Shown piece after piece: positions 37,207 through 47,638 of a stretch of 64,000 nucleotides of DNA (within the stretch, counting starts at the first letter, position 1; each line of letters opens with the position of its first letter). The notes under the pieces are model-generated. The model was given only the letters and a program-made list of their open reading frames with translations. It ran no database searches and was not told the DNA's origin. Origin of the DNA: a virus; the IMG/VR virus record IMGVR_UViG_3300032289_002472, positions 49,068 through 113,067 of that record; one strand, given 5' to 3'. Position numbers and translations under genes: made by a program.

Positions 37207-38987
37207 TAAAATTCTATAGTTTGTCTAAAATATGGCATCAAAGATCTTTCATGTGTCACAATTAGAACCTGCAAATTTTGACTGTCAGAAAGCTCAGAAA
37301 TACTTTCAATAATTGCTTGAAAGCTGTCTACGGTTTCTTTGTCGAGCCATGTTGTAGGTTCGTCAAGAACGATAAGATTGACTCCCGTCGAAAAAACCTC
37401 ACAGGAAGCAAATCGAAACGCCAGTGAAAGAGTGACCTTTTGTCCACAAGATAGATCGCTGGATGGTCTAATCTTGTCCCCAAAGTCACACATGAATTCA
37501 TTGTCTTCTCCAAGCAAGACTCGGTATGCAGCATTAAAGCTTTGCAAATACTGGTTTATGGAAGAACACATCTGATTCATGCGCTGATTTACGTATCTCC
37601 CACTCACCCCATCATGCCTAAAGATATCTCTAATCCTAGAGATCCTAGATTCATGTATCTTGGTATTGTCAAAAACAGACTTAACTCTTTGAGCAATATC
37701 AATGTCTTTGAAGTGCTTCTCTATTTGTGTATTTAACTGAACGTTATTTTCCTCTAAAGACCTAATCTGTGTCTTTAATAATCTAATGGAAGATTGTGTG
37801 GCCTCAATCTGTTTAATTCCTTCTAAATACCTTTCAGAAGAAAACTGAGGAAATTCAGTCTCGGCCAAAACCCTTTCTATTTCAGATTGCTTCTGTTTGG
37901 CTTGCGTAATATATCCCTCATAGACCAGCAAATTTGAGCTATATTTCTGTAGTTGTCTTTTATCGTTCCTAAGCTGATCCTGTGTCTCACTTATTTCTTT
38001 GTTAATTTTTACAAGTTCTTCTTCTGAAGCACGTTGGCGAGCCAACATATTTTCAATTGAATCCTCATTAAGCTTAGAGTCACAAATTGGACAGGAGCTT
38101 TTGCAGTCTTTTGCTGAATCTAACAATTTAATAATCTTCTGAAAACTTCCAGACAAAGAATTTAATGTATTTAGTTCTTTAGATAATTTATCAATGCTTT
38201 CTTGGTCGACCTTGGGCTTTTCAAGATCTCTAATTGCATCGGAATATCTAATAAGGTCAGTTACGGTAGAATTTAATGAAGAAATTAATCCCTCTTTCTC
38301 AAGAGCCAATTCATAGTTCTTTTTAATTTTTTCGGGAACGATGTTTTGGGTTTCTTCTTCCGTTAAAGACAATTCTTCTAAAATATTTTTTAGGTCTGCA
38401 TTATTCTTTTCAATAATTTTTTCTAAGTTTTCTATGGCACTTCTAGATTGCTGCTCATCTATAATTGCTGGATAGGAAATATTCGACTTCCATTGTCCTA
38501 GTGTCAATTCGAGCTTTGCAGCCTTCTCAAGGCCAAAAAACTTTTGAAGCATCTTGTTTCGCTCAGAGGGCCTACCAAAAAGAATCCCAAGTATGTCGGT
38601 TTGACTAACAAAAACCATGTTTGGCAAAAATGCTTTGTCACAACCCAACATGTCCAAAATCTTAGGATTTACAGAATCTGCACCATCAACTGTCGAGCCA
38701 TCATACTCAAGACTGCAATCGTTTAAATTCAGGGATCTTTTGATTATAAAATTCTTGGAGTTGATAATTCCCTCAACATGTATTTCTCCAGATTTTTCTC
38801 CAAACGTTATGTATTCTTTTTTCTTCTTTTTGCCAAACTCTCCGCTTATCGCTATAGAGATGGCTGAAGCGAAGTTGCTTTTGCCAGAACCATTTCTGCC
38901 AACAATTCCTACAATATTTTCCGTCAAGTATTGATCAACAAATTTATGTTGAGCAAAATTTTTAAGTAAAACTCTAGTTATTTGCAT
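37206..38987 (-). CDS. SbcC/Rad50/gp46-like SMC ATPase
   Basis: GRNGSGKS, coiled coil with CPIC Zn hook, LSCGQ signature, LDEPT, VTH. Confidence 0.93.
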   Translation of the reverse strand: MQITRVLLKNFAQHKFVDQYLTENIVGIVGRNGSGKSNFASAISIAISGEFGKKKKKEYITFGEKSGEIHVEGIINSKNFIIKRSLNLNDCSLEYDGSTVDGADSVNPKILDMLGCDKAFLPNMVFVSQTDILGILFGRPSERNKMLQKFFGLEKAAKLELTLGQWKSNISYPAIIDEQQSRSAIENLEKIIEKNNADLKNILEELSLTEEETQNIVPEKIKKNYELALEKEGLISSLNSTVTDLIRYSDAIRDLEKPKVDQESIDKLSKELNTLNSLSGSFQKIIKLLDSAKDCKSSCPICDSKLNEDSIENMLARQRASEEELVKINKEISETQDQLRNDKRQLQKYSSNLLVYEGYITQAKQKQSEIERVLAETEFPQFSSERYLEGIKQIEATQSSIRLLKTQIRSLEENNVQLNTQIEKHFKDIDIAQRVKSVFDNTKIHESRISRIRDIFRHDGVSGRYVNQRMNQMCSSINQYLQSFNAAYRVLLGEDNEFMCDFGDKIRPSSDLSCGQKVTLSLAFRFASCEVFSTGVNLIVLDEPTTWLDKETVDSFQAIIESISELSDSQNLQVLIVTHERSLMPYFRQTIEF

Positions 38988-40068
38988 TAATTTGGCTTTC
39001 TAAATCTTTTCTCAAAACCTCTTCAACGTTTTCGGTATTTGAGTTGTTCCAAATGTCATTAATCAGATCTACGTCTCTGTCTTCCAAGAATTTTTCTTTC
39101 TTAACCAAAGACATGAAATCTGTGTCTTCATCAACTTCTTGAGTTGAATCATCTTTTGTTGCTTTTACTTTTTCGCGATACAGATGAAAACAAAGATTTG
39201 TGAATTCTTCTTTTAATTTTTCTAGATCTTTATTCAGGACCTCATGATCCTTAGATAAATATCTAAAAATGTAAAATCCTTCTGGATCTTTTAGTATAGT
39301 TTTTCTTAGGTCACTGCTTTCAGAAAATTTTATTACCTGAGTCTTTTGTGTCGGCTCAAATGGTATACTTTTGATTGAAGGATTCTCGTCTTCATTGAAA
39401 TCAATTTCTAAATATTTAAATTCAGAGTATGGGTCACAAAGTCTCAAAAAGTCTATGTTTCCTGGGTAAGCAACAACGTTGTTCTTCGAAACTTTCATGA
39501 CCTTATGTATATGTAAATCTCCAAGAGCAACATATCTTGCCTTTTTGGAAACCAATCCTAAAGACTCTTCGTCAATCTCTGGACGCATAATTGAAGACAT
39601 GAAACCAGCGCAGGATTGATGCATCATTAAAATGTCTGACTCTGGAATCTTTTCTATAACATCTTTTAGGTCTCTACGCTTTACGTGATCCAAGTAGTTT
39701 ACTGTAATATTTTTTACTTTAATAGACCCGTAAAGTTGATTGGATTCATAATGATACCTTTTTGCAATAAATGGGCTTAAGTCAACCCACTGACGGGCTG
39801 AATCATATAGCTTGTCGTGATTTCCTACGCTGACAATTGGTATACATCCTTGAGAGTTTACTATTTCTGTAAACCTGAGCCACAAGGAAATGTCATCGGG
39901 AGAAGGAAACGGAGAATCGAAAACATCTCCAGCAATTAAACATATATCGTATTTTTTTAGTTCAGAAGCTAGCTTCAATAAAGTTTCTTTTTGATTAGCT
40001 TTTCTCAAGCTTAATCCATACTGATTGCTGCCGATATGTAAATCTGCAACGTGAGATATTTTAGGCAT
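38974..40068 (-). CDS. SbcD/Mre11/gp47-like nuclease
   Basis: ADLHIG, AGDVFD, GNHD, MHQ, LGDLH, YPG. Confidence 0.92.
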   Translation of the reverse strand: MPKISHVADLHIGSNQYGLSLRKANQKETLLKLASELKKYDICLIAGDVFDSPFPSPDDISLWLRFTEIVNSQGCIPIVSVGNHDKLYDSARQWVDLSPFIAKRYHYESNQLYGSIKVKNITVNYLDHVKRRDLKDVIEKIPESDILMMHQSCAGFMSSIMRPEIDEESLGLVSKKARYVALGDLHIHKVMKVSKNNVVAYPGNIDFLRLCDPYSEFKYLEIDFNEDENPSIKSIPFEPTQKTQVIKFSESSDLRKTILKDPEGFYIFRYLSKDHEVLNKDLEKLKEEFTNLCFHLYREKVKATKDDSTQEVDEDTDFMSLVKKEKFLEDRDVDLINDIWNNSNTENVEEVLRKDLESQINANN

Positions 40069-40113
40069 AGTAAAAAATCCGACCACAATGCGCTGTGGTC
40101 GGTTTGTTTGATT

Positions 40114-40581
40114 TTAGGCGTTTTCCATGTCAGGAAACATTGGTAATTCCTCGTGGTCCGAGGAGTGTGTAAGGCTTTCGGAGGAAACGGCGTCCACCTT
40201 AAAAACCTGATCCAGTTCAATGTCCCTGTCAATAATTCTGACGTTTATGGGCTCAGTTTTGCCATCTGTGCGCCATAAACCTGTAATAGTCCCGCTAGCA
40301 ATTTCTAGTGTCAATTCCGAACTAATGCCGTTTATAGTTGATGGTATAACAGAAATAATATGAGACTTTGGAAGCTCAACTATTTCTCCAGGAACTATTT
40401 GCGACGGACCCCTAGACAAAACCACAACATCCATAACTTGACAGACAAAATGATCCGCTTTTTTGGATTTCTTGTCTAGTACCCTTACGGAACACGTTGT
40501 GCTTTGTTTTGGTTGGTTTCTTGGAATTCTCATCACCAGAGTATCACCAGGCACTATTTTTATCATGTTTGTACTACTCAT
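40114..40581 (-). CDS. hypothetical protein coupled to RT
   Basis: 155 aa, start overlaps the RT 3' end. Confidence 0.7.
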   Translation of the reverse strand: MSSTNMIKIVPGDTLVMRIPRNQPKQSTTCSVRVLDKKSKKADHFVCQVMDVVVLSRGPSQIVPGEIVELPKSHIISVIPSTINGISSELTLEIASGTITGLWRTDGKTEPINVRIIDRDIELDQVFKVDAVSSESLTHSSDHEELPMFPDMENA

Positions 40582-42091
40582 GATCTAGGCTCACCTCAAT
40601 TCTGCGAGTCTCCGAACCACTCGGAGGACTCAGTGTGTTAAATAAGACCAATAATTTTTGAGCTTTTTCTGGGCAGGCAGATTGTATAAAGCTAATTTTG
40701 CCACGTATACTTTCAAGAGAACTCTGATAATTCAGCAAACTCTTATGTTTAGTGGTGGCACTATTCAGGCTTAATATTTCTTTTCTGACTGCTTCTATGT
40801 ATCTGGAAGACACAGTGGGTTTACCGGAGTTTATGATATACCCGACAATGTCCATTCTACCACCAGTACCCAAGATCCTTGTTTTCTTGTTATTAAGCTC
40901 AAAGCCATGGTTTTTAATAATCCCTTGGATAGAAGAAATAAATATATTTATTCGTTTCTTCCCCATGCGTTCTGTCCATGTGAATGACATGTCGTCCGCA
41001 TAGCGGGAATATATTGCCCCATGCTTTTGCGCAAATCCAGTCAACCTATAGTCCATTCTTTTAACGGCAATGTTACTTAGTGTTGGACTGGTTGGAGATC
41101 CTTGCGGTAGAAATCTGTGGCCTGGTTTTATCTGACTTCCTAAATTTAATAGGTCTTTAAAAGCATCAAAAACAGATGATTTATCTATCCATTTGTTTTT
41201 AATGGCTATCTCTATGATCCAACAAATATATTTTGAGAGAAAAGATTTAAAAACAGTACTACTTGTAAGTACCGAATTACCTCTCATATACACCGGAAGC
41301 TGAGCTACCATTTGTTGACTAAAAAAATTGTGTACGTAATTCCAACTTAAAAGAGAAAAACATGCATCAACCATCAGTTTGATGGCATTTTTTTGTGTAA
41401 ATAGAATGGTTGAATTATGTAAAATATATTTTGTATTATCTTTGTCAAAGCCATGAGCTGACAGAGCATTAGTTAGATCACTGCTCAAAACACTTCCGAA
41501 AAAGTTTTTAATGTCTAGGTTCACTAACAATTCTATTTTTTTTTCGTGACCCAATAAATGAAAATTAGCACAGTCAAAAGCAGACCTATTTATTGCAAAT
41601 CCAAATGCGCTTGAATGTACATTAATATAGCTTAGGTCTCTTTGTATCTTAGACTGAACGGCTTTTAGCTCATTAAAAGGAGCTAAAATTATCCTGCAAT
41701 TTTCAGTTTGCTCTTTTGCTTTAGATAAAAATCCAAATACACTAGAACAAATTTCATACAATTCTTTTTCAGTAGTTTTGTTTTTATCTGCCTTTAGCGC
41801 TTTGCTTAGTTTTTGTCTAAACGAAACAAACAGCTTTTCGGCAATGTGTTTATCTATCTTTTCTTTTTCATAGACATTTGTCGTTAAGTCTCTTTTGGCT
41901 AGCTCCTCTATCCTCCATATTGAATACAGAGAATTGTTAAGATGGGAAACAAACCTTGGATAAAAACTTTTGCCAACGAACAAAGATCCTATCAATAGCT
42001 CAGACAAAGATGTGGGAGACGCTGTGCGTCTCCCACTCTTGGGCAAAGAAAAAACCCTATAATTTAAGTTGTTTTCATTATGCGTCGACAT
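40574..42091 (-). CDS. retron-like reverse transcriptase
   Basis: RIILAP..ELK.VQ, SAFGF, CANFH (region X-like), LDIKNFF, LPQGSPTSPTLSN, YSRYADD, LNNKKT, IVG (region Y-like). Confidence 0.92.
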   Translation of the reverse strand: MSTHNENNLNYRVFSLPKSGRRTASPTSLSELLIGSLFVGKSFYPRFVSHLNNSLYSIWRIEELAKRDLTTNVYEKEKIDKHIAEKLFVSFRQKLSKALKADKNKTTEKELYEICSSVFGFLSKAKEQTENCRIILAPFNELKAVQSKIQRDLSYINVHSSAFGFAINRSAFDCANFHLLGHEKKIELLVNLDIKNFFGSVLSSDLTNALSAHGFDKDNTKYILHNSTILFTQKNAIKLMVDACFSLLSWNYVHNFFSQQMVAQLPVYMRGNSVLTSSTVFKSFLSKYICWIIEIAIKNKWIDKSSVFDAFKDLLNLGSQIKPGHRFLPQGSPTSPTLSNIAVKRMDYRLTGFAQKHGAIYSRYADDMSFTWTERMGKKRINIFISSIQGIIKNHGFELNNKKTRILGTGGRMDIVGYIINSGKPTVSSRYIEAVRKEILSLNSATTKHKSLLNYQSSLESIRGKISFIQSACPEKAQKLLVLFNTLSPPSGSETRRIEVSLDHE

Positions 42092-43091
42092 TGAGAAGGC
42101 GTGTTACAGTTGAGGTTACTTCATCCCCGTCATCCTCCTCGACATCACTGGTCATGATGGCTCGCTTGAAGACAAGGAGCTCTTCTGGATTTTTCTCAAT
42201 TTCGTTCACTTCATTTCTAAGGCTGCGAACCAAGTCACTTAATTTAGACTCGATATCTGTCTCATCAACATCCTCTTTTTTCCAGCTGGAAATAGAAGTA
42301 AGAGACCTTTCGGCTCCGCTTAAGATATTGTTGATCTCAGGGTCGGCAAATAAGTTAAGTTGCTTTAATTGATTCATTCTCTGCGTAAAAGCATTAACTG
42401 CTTTTATGTTAACGGTATTTTTTCCGTTTTTGATCGCAGAAACAATAGACTCAGTAGCATCAATGATGTGGCGACGAATTTGTAATCCTGATTGATAGAT
42501 AAGTTCCGTAGAACGTTCTATCAATTTAGATTTAGCGTCAGCCGCAATTTCGGCTATTTCAGTGTGAGACCAAGAATATGGAGTCCAAGCATAAGAAAAC
42601 TTTCCGTGCAGCTCTCTCACCGTTGGATACAATGTATTCATTGTTCCAGCATGATCGGGATATCTTGCATCAAACTTTTCTATCTGCTCTTTGATGAGGC
42701 TTGGGTATTTTTCTAGGAATCTATCTCTTTGTTTAAAGAATTCTGTCTTCTCAGACTCTACGAAGTTTTTGATACTTTCATAAGCATTCTTTGGCACAAA
42801 CCTAGACCCACGCATTCCAGGTACCGGATAAGAAAATCGATCCATGGCTGTGTTTAGCCTAGAACGATACCTTCTAAAGGGACGAGTATGAATTGGAGGA
42901 ATAAGCCACTTGAACCCTGGAGCATAAATATCGTTGTCGATATCTGCATTCAATACTTCAACATCTTGAGAGGTTTGATGAACTTTTCCCTCCCAAAAGC
43001 CTATTGTTACGTTTATTAATGCTCCTTGCTTAAAGATATCTGTAGACAGCTTTTGTGCCCAGGGCAATTCAGATACGTTTGTTTTATCCAT
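42078..43091 (-). CDS. DUF3150-like protein
   Basis: Resembles the family usually found with DUF2997/DUF1257/AAA genes (GSRFVP, F.EKYP, YPT..EL..KF). Confidence 0.55.
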   Translation of the reverse strand: MDKTNVSELPWAQKLSTDIFKQGALINVTIGFWEGKVHQTSQDVEVLNADIDNDIYAPGFKWLIPPIHTRPFRRYRSRLNTAMDRFSYPVPGMRGSRFVPKNAYESIKNFVESEKTEFFKQRDRFLEKYPSLIKEQIEKFDARYPDHAGTMNTLYPTVRELHGKFSYAWTPYSWSHTEIAEIAADAKSKLIERSTELIYQSGLQIRRHIIDATESIVSAIKNGKNTVNIKAVNAFTQRMNQLKQLNLFADPEINNILSGAERSLTSISSWKKEDVDETDIESKLSDLVRSLRNEVNEIEKNPEELLVFKRAIMTSDVEEDDGDEVTSTVTRLLNVDA

Positions 43092-43521
43092 CTTTTTTTG
43101 TTGTATGTAAATTTTTTGAAGCTTGATTAAGAAATTCCGTAAAAGCTACAAACTTTCTGATTTCAGGAGGAATTACCCCATAAACATTTTTTTTGTGGGT
43201 CATTTGCTCAACAGGAGATTTCTTTTCCTGAAGTCTGCGCATGGCGATTTTTCTCATTTTTCCTTGTAAGTCTAAGCCTATAACGAAATCTTTCCCTTGG
43301 CCTTTAAAATGATCCACTGGCTTTTTAGAAGCACGACTGAGTTTTTTCTTTTTCTCAGTTAAGGATCTTTTAACGCCCCTTAATTTATCGGGGTTTAATT
43401 GGGAAAACATTTTAATGATTTCATAGTTGTCATTGACTTCATTTTGTATGAATACATTGACGACTTCACACAATATTCTTTGATTTTCTTTTTTGCTTAG
43501 TTTTTTAATTTTTTGTTTCAT
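43084..43521 (-). CDS. hypothetical basic protein
   Basis: 145 aa ORF. Confidence 0.65.
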   Translation of the reverse strand: MKQKIKKLSKKENQRILCEVVNVFIQNEVNDNYEIIKMFSQLNPDKLRGVKRSLTEKKKKLSRASKKPVDHFKGQGKDFVIGLDLQGKMRKIAMRRLQEKKSPVEQMTHKKNVYGVIPPEIRKFVAFTEFLNQASKNLHTTKKDG

Positions 43522-43804
43522 ATGGTTTTATGTCCTTTCCTTGAAAAAGCATTTCTTGAACTATCCTTGCTTCTTCGTTTAGTACGTCTTCACGTTTTTT
43601 GCCCGTAGCGATTATTTCTCCCGTCTTAATTAGTTTCGCTACCCACTGTTGATTTTCGTTATCAAACTCTACATCAGTAACACGATTTACCACCATCTTA
43701 CCGATCAACTTTCCATCACGATCAAAAACGTCGTCATGGTAAATGGAAGATATGGTTCCATCAGGCAGAAAAACTACAGAACGTTGGTTATTTTTTTTAT
43801 CCAT
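43505..43804 (-). CDS. hypothetical protein of DUF2997/DUF1257 cluster
   Basis: PDGTI..IY.D...RVTDVE.D...W pattern. Confidence 0.65.
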   Translation of the reverse strand: MDKKNNQRSVVFLPDGTISSIYHDDVFDRDGKLIGKMVVNRVTDVEFDNENQQWVAKLIKTGEIIATGKKREDVLNEEARIVQEMLFQGKDIKPYETKN

Positions 43805-43994
43805 TTAGTTTGATGTCTGAACCACAAGATGCACCTTCGTAAAGCTCAGGCTTTTCTTGATAGTCGATAGTATTTGAATAAATTTTTTCAAACACTTTGG
43901 TTGCATCCTTACAGCTTTCACCTTTGAATCCTTCAGCTTCGATAGAAGCCTCTCCTTTTTGTGTAATTGTGATTTTTACGATTTTTTCGCTCAT
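43797..43994 (-). CDS. DUF2997-like protein
   Basis: ITITQKGEASIEAEGFKGESC..AT...E...KPELY. Confidence 0.75.
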   Translation of the reverse strand: MSEKIVKITITQKGEASIEAEGFKGESCKDATKVFEKIYSNTIDYQEKPELYEGASCGSDIKLNG

Positions 43995-44050
43995 AAAAGA
44001 AAAAGGGGGAAGACAGTTTCCTGCCTTCCCCCTCATTGTGGTAGAAGTTT

Positions 44051-44437
44051 CTAAATTTTAACTTTCAGTTCGATATTGCCATTAGAGGGATTTACTCTTT
44101 CTCCAATGATTTCATATCCTTTTTCTCTAGCAATCTTGCGATGCATTTCAATTTGATAAGCTTGACTTAGCTTTCCGGCGTTGTTGCCGACAATTTCCCT
44201 AAGTCTAGAATCATAAAGATCTGCTTGAATTTCATAATTGTTGCCCTTTTTGAGGACGGCAATTTCATATGTACTCTCATTAGAAGAGATGACTGCATCA
44301 CACTGGAGGTTTTGCCCAGCATAATACTTAGCCTGCTTTTTATTGAGGTCCAATTTAAGTCCTATTCTTTTGCATGCCTTTTCCAAGACCTTAAGGTCTG
44401 TGATTTCTGGCATACTCATTACTACCATATGTGACAT
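44051..44437 (-). CDS. DUF1257/Ycf35-like protein
   Basis: MSH....I.DL..L.KA..RIG...YEI..ADLY...L.QAY. Confidence 0.75.
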   Translation of the reverse strand: MSHMVVMSMPEITDLKVLEKACKRIGLKLDLNKKQAKYYAGQNLQCDAVISSNESTYEIAVLKKGNNYEIQADLYDSRLREIVGNNAGKLSQAYQIEMHRKIAREKGYEIIGERVNPSNGNIELKVKI

Positions 44438-44438
44438 A

Positions 44439-44621
44439 TTAGTTTTTGCAGATTTCTGCTATCTCCTGTTGAATTTCTTTTTTTGTTTTTAGCCTATAAT
44501 ATCCCTTTGGTTTTTCGACAACCATTCCTTCGGAAATGAAATAATCTAAGACCGCTTGGATATCTTGACGTTGTTCTTGATCTTCTTTTGAAGAACTTAA
44601 TTTATTAAATTTCCGACTCAT
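44439..44621 (-). CDS. hypothetical protein
   Basis: 60 aa ORF. Confidence 0.55.
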   Translation of the reverse strand: MSRKFNKLSSSKEDQEQRQDIQAVLDYFISEGMVVEKPKGYYRLKTKKEIQQEIAEICKN

Positions 44622-46341
44622 CTATTGATATCTTTCTTCCAGTCTCTATCTTACCCGAGACATTGAGAATTGGGGTAGACTTAGGCTTAGGCTTAGTCGC
44701 ACTATCGTCATCTTTGTTTGCCATCATGACTTTATGGCTTTTAGCCCAATCATAGAGGCTTTTCGCCTCTTCAGGATTGAGCTCTGCCATAATTTTAACA
44801 TCATCAATCGCGGCAACAAGATGCTTGCTCTGAATTGGAAACTTTTTTCCGAATCCAAGTTCTTTGCCTTTCCTTATCAACCCTTCAATAACAATTTGCT
44901 CTATTTCAGATCCAGTTCGATGTGGTGTCTTTTGAGCTAGGGTAGTGATATCTAATTTATATTCGTTTGGATCCCATCCCCTCTTTTTGAGGTGAATAGA
45001 GAATATTTCTTCACGTTGAGACAGTCCAGGTAATCCAACATACATAACTTCATCAAACCTGCCCTTACGAAGAGCGGGAGCGGGAATATTTTGTATGTTG
45101 TTTGTGGTAGCTACGACGAACACGTCACTTTTTTTGGATTGGGTCCAGGTAAGCCATGTTCCGTACATTCGTTGGAATGTACCACCGTCAGTTACACTTC
45201 CGTTAGCTCCAGCAAATAGTTTCTCGAACTCGTCGACAAAGAGAATACAAGGAGACTGTGCTTCGGCATCTTTGAGCGCTTTTATAAGCTTTCCCTCAGA
45301 CTCACCAAGTAGACTGCCCATGCATGCACCAATGTCTAAGCGTAATACTGTGCGGTCCCACTCTTTTCCAAGAGCTTGTGCCACCCAACTTTTTCCTGTA
45401 CCACCAGGGCCGACAACACACAAACCTTTGGGTAGGTCGATTCCATCTTCTCTTGCCTCATGCTTGAATATAAGGGATCGATCCTTAGCCCAATCTTTTA
45501 GGTTTTCCATGCCACCGACTTGGTCCATTCCCCAGCTGCAATCAACGATTTGAAGAACGCCAGATTTTTGAATTAATCTAGATTTCTCACGTCGTATGAC
45601 CTCATTCTTAAAAGTACGATTACTTTCTTCTGGTTTTTTAAGATAGTCCAAAATGTTTTCTCTGTTTGCCAAAGACAAGACATTCTCAGCCTGTAACTGT
45701 GTTAGACCTGTAAGCTGCTGAGCAATAACATCCAATTCATCTTCTGTAAGAGACATCTTAGGAATGTTTTCTCCGACAATAGATGTTTGACTACCCTTAG
45801 CGATAGACTTCATCTTTTTTACATCGGGAAGCTTATGCTCAACGTATGTAACAATATGTTCCAACTCAATTGGAATGTCTGGATGGTGATTAACAAATAC
45901 AATACTCTTGCCTTGTTGTATAAGGCTAGGCATTGAATTCTTAATACACCTCGTTAGACGGGCATTGGTATGCTTGATTTTGCTTGGATCCGTCATATAG
46001 AACGGAGCATCCAACATAATCATCACAGACTTTTGTGGAAAGCCATGCTCATTAATATCCCAGGTTGACTGTCCATCAATTACAAACTCCTCAAACTTAT
46101 AATTTGAGTTTTTTGTGAAAAGTTGTATTGCGTCAACTGGAGAATCAATCTCTATTAATTGATTATCTTTGCGTTCAATGTCTGCTATTTGATTGGTAGC
46201 ATCATAAACGTAAACTTTATTTCTCATTCTTTTAGACAGAAGAATGCTCGACTCTTCGTTGAGCAACCTGTCCTCTTCAATGCTGTAAACCCAAATAATC
46301 GGTATGCCTGAGGAAATGAATTCCCTAAGTATTGATGCCAT
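44605..46341 (-). CDS. Ycf46-like AAA+ ATPase
   Basis: VGGMENLKDW, GPGGTGKS, LFVDEFEK, ATTNN, LRKGRFDE. Confidence 0.9.
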   Translation of the reverse strand: MASILREFISSGIPIIWVYSIEEDRLLNEESSILLSKRMRNKVYVYDATNQIADIERKDNQLIEIDSPVDAIQLFTKNSNYKFEEFVIDGQSTWDINEHGFPQKSVMIMLDAPFYMTDPSKIKHTNARLTRCIKNSMPSLIQQGKSIVFVNHHPDIPIELEHIVTYVEHKLPDVKKMKSIAKGSQTSIVGENIPKMSLTEDELDVIAQQLTGLTQLQAENVLSLANRENILDYLKKPEESNRTFKNEVIRREKSRLIQKSGVLQIVDCSWGMDQVGGMENLKDWAKDRSLIFKHEAREDGIDLPKGLCVVGPGGTGKSWVAQALGKEWDRTVLRLDIGACMGSLLGESEGKLIKALKDAEAQSPCILFVDEFEKLFAGANGSVTDGGTFQRMYGTWLTWTQSKKSDVFVVATTNNIQNIPAPALRKGRFDEVMYVGLPGLSQREEIFSIHLKKRGWDPNEYKLDITTLAQKTPHRTGSEIEQIVIEGLIRKGKELGFGKKFPIQSKHLVAAIDDVKIMAELNPEEAKSLYDWAKSHKVMMANKDDDSATKPKPKSTPILNVSGKIETGRKISIDESEI

Positions 46342-46343
46342 TT

Positions 46344-46736
46344 TTATTGTGCTTGTCTTGGTTCAAAATGTCCGTCTTCAAAAATTTGCATAGATCTGTT
46401 TTTGAATACTCCAGCTGTCCTAGAAAATTCTAGGGCTGCGAGCATAGTAGATTTAGCATTGTTTAGCGCTAATTCATTTGCCTCTTCTTCAGACGACTTT
46501 TGTGTAGGAATTTGATAGAAGGGAAAAGTGCAACTAAATTTGTCGTCAACAATTACAGTTAGAGCAGCAAAAGATATTTTGCCTGCCATGATTTCTCGCG
46601 CTATTGCGGGTGAAATTGCGGCAGCCAGTCTGCCAGCAATCTGTCCCTGAGGTGATGCATTTTCCAGACCAGGCGGTAAATTACCATCCGCTGGAATATT
46701 AGTTTCTTCGTTGTTTGATTCTTTTTCTTTTGCCAT
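46344..46736 (-). CDS. hypothetical protein
   Basis: 130 aa ORF. Confidence 0.65.
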   Translation of the reverse strand: MAKEKESNNEETNIPADGNLPPGLENASPQGQIAGRLAAAISPAIAREIMAGKISFAALTVIVDDKFSCTFPFYQIPTQKSSEEEANELALNNAKSTMLAALEFSRTAGVFKNRSMQIFEDGHFEPRQAQ

Positions 46737-46740
46737 AATT

Positions 46741-47190
46741 TTATTTTTCGTATCCGTGATCGATGTTTTTTGCGTTTCTTAGGGCGCTAGTTGCTAGCTT
46801 ATCGCATTCTTCGTTTTCGTAGTGTCCAAAATGCCCCCTAATCCAATACAGTTCAATTTTGTGTTTTTTGTACAAATGCAAAAACTTTTTCCATAAATCA
46901 GAGTTTTTAACTCCGATAAAGTTTGTCTTTACCCACTTATCTATCCAGCGCTGATTTATAGCATCTGTTAAATATTTACTGTCAGAGAATAAAGAAATAT
47001 CATGTTTCTCACCCTCGATTTTAGAGATGGCAAATATTGCTGCCATTAACTCCATCCTGTTGTTTGTGGTAAGCCTATACCCCTTGGAATATGTTTTGGT
47101 AATTTTTTTGTTAATCTTTACTATTACTCCGAAGCCGCCAGGACCAGGATTGCCACTGCAGGCTCCATCCGTATATATTTCAATTTCCAT
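46741..47190 (-). CDS. rnhA: ribonuclease HI
   Basis: YTDGACSGNPGPGG, TTNNRMEL, SDSKY, W..GH.G..ENE.CD. Confidence 0.96.
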   Translation of the reverse strand: MEIEIYTDGACSGNPGPGGFGVIVKINKKITKTYSKGYRLTTNNRMELMAAIFAISKIEGEKHDISLFSDSKYLTDAINQRWIDKWVKTNFIGVKNSDLWKKFLHLYKKHKIELYWIRGHFGHYENEECDKLATSALRNAKNIDHGYEK

Positions 47191-47632
47191 TACTTTCTAT
47201 ATAGTTAGAATAGGTTTCATCAAAGGCACCAGAACAAATTCTTAAAAAGTCGAATTTGAGGAGCTCTTTTTTTTCTAGTGTTTTTTCCTCTTCGCTTTCT
47301 TGAAGGAAATTTTCTATAGATTTTTTGATAATGCTCCCTAGTCCAGTAGAGCTTATAGGAGATTTTTTTAATAGGTTTCTCAACTTTATGTTATCTTCAA
47401 GGCTGGAAAAGAGTTGGGCTAAAAACACTTTTTCGTTTTTTGAATTAACATCTCCAGCAACAATTTTAGCAAGTTCTGTTAAAATATAGTTTCCAGACAT
47501 AGGGCAAGAAACCACTATCTCTTCCATTTGCATTGAGCTTGTAGAGTAAATATATGTTTTAAACTCTATGTTTGCCCCCTTTTCTTCAAGCTCTTGGATG
47601 AGCTCACATTCTTGAAGCATTTGTAAATCCAT
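47180..47632 (-). CDS. hypothetical protein
   Basis: 150 aa ORF. Confidence 0.65.
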   Translation of the reverse strand: MDLQMLQECELIQELEEKGANIEFKTYIYSTSSMQMEEIVVSCPMSGNYILTELAKIVAGDVNSKNEKVFLAQLFSSLEDNIKLRNLLKKSPISSTGLGSIIKKSIENFLQESEEEKTLEKKELLKFDFLRICSGAFDETYSNYIESNGN

Positions 47633-47638
47633 AATAAA

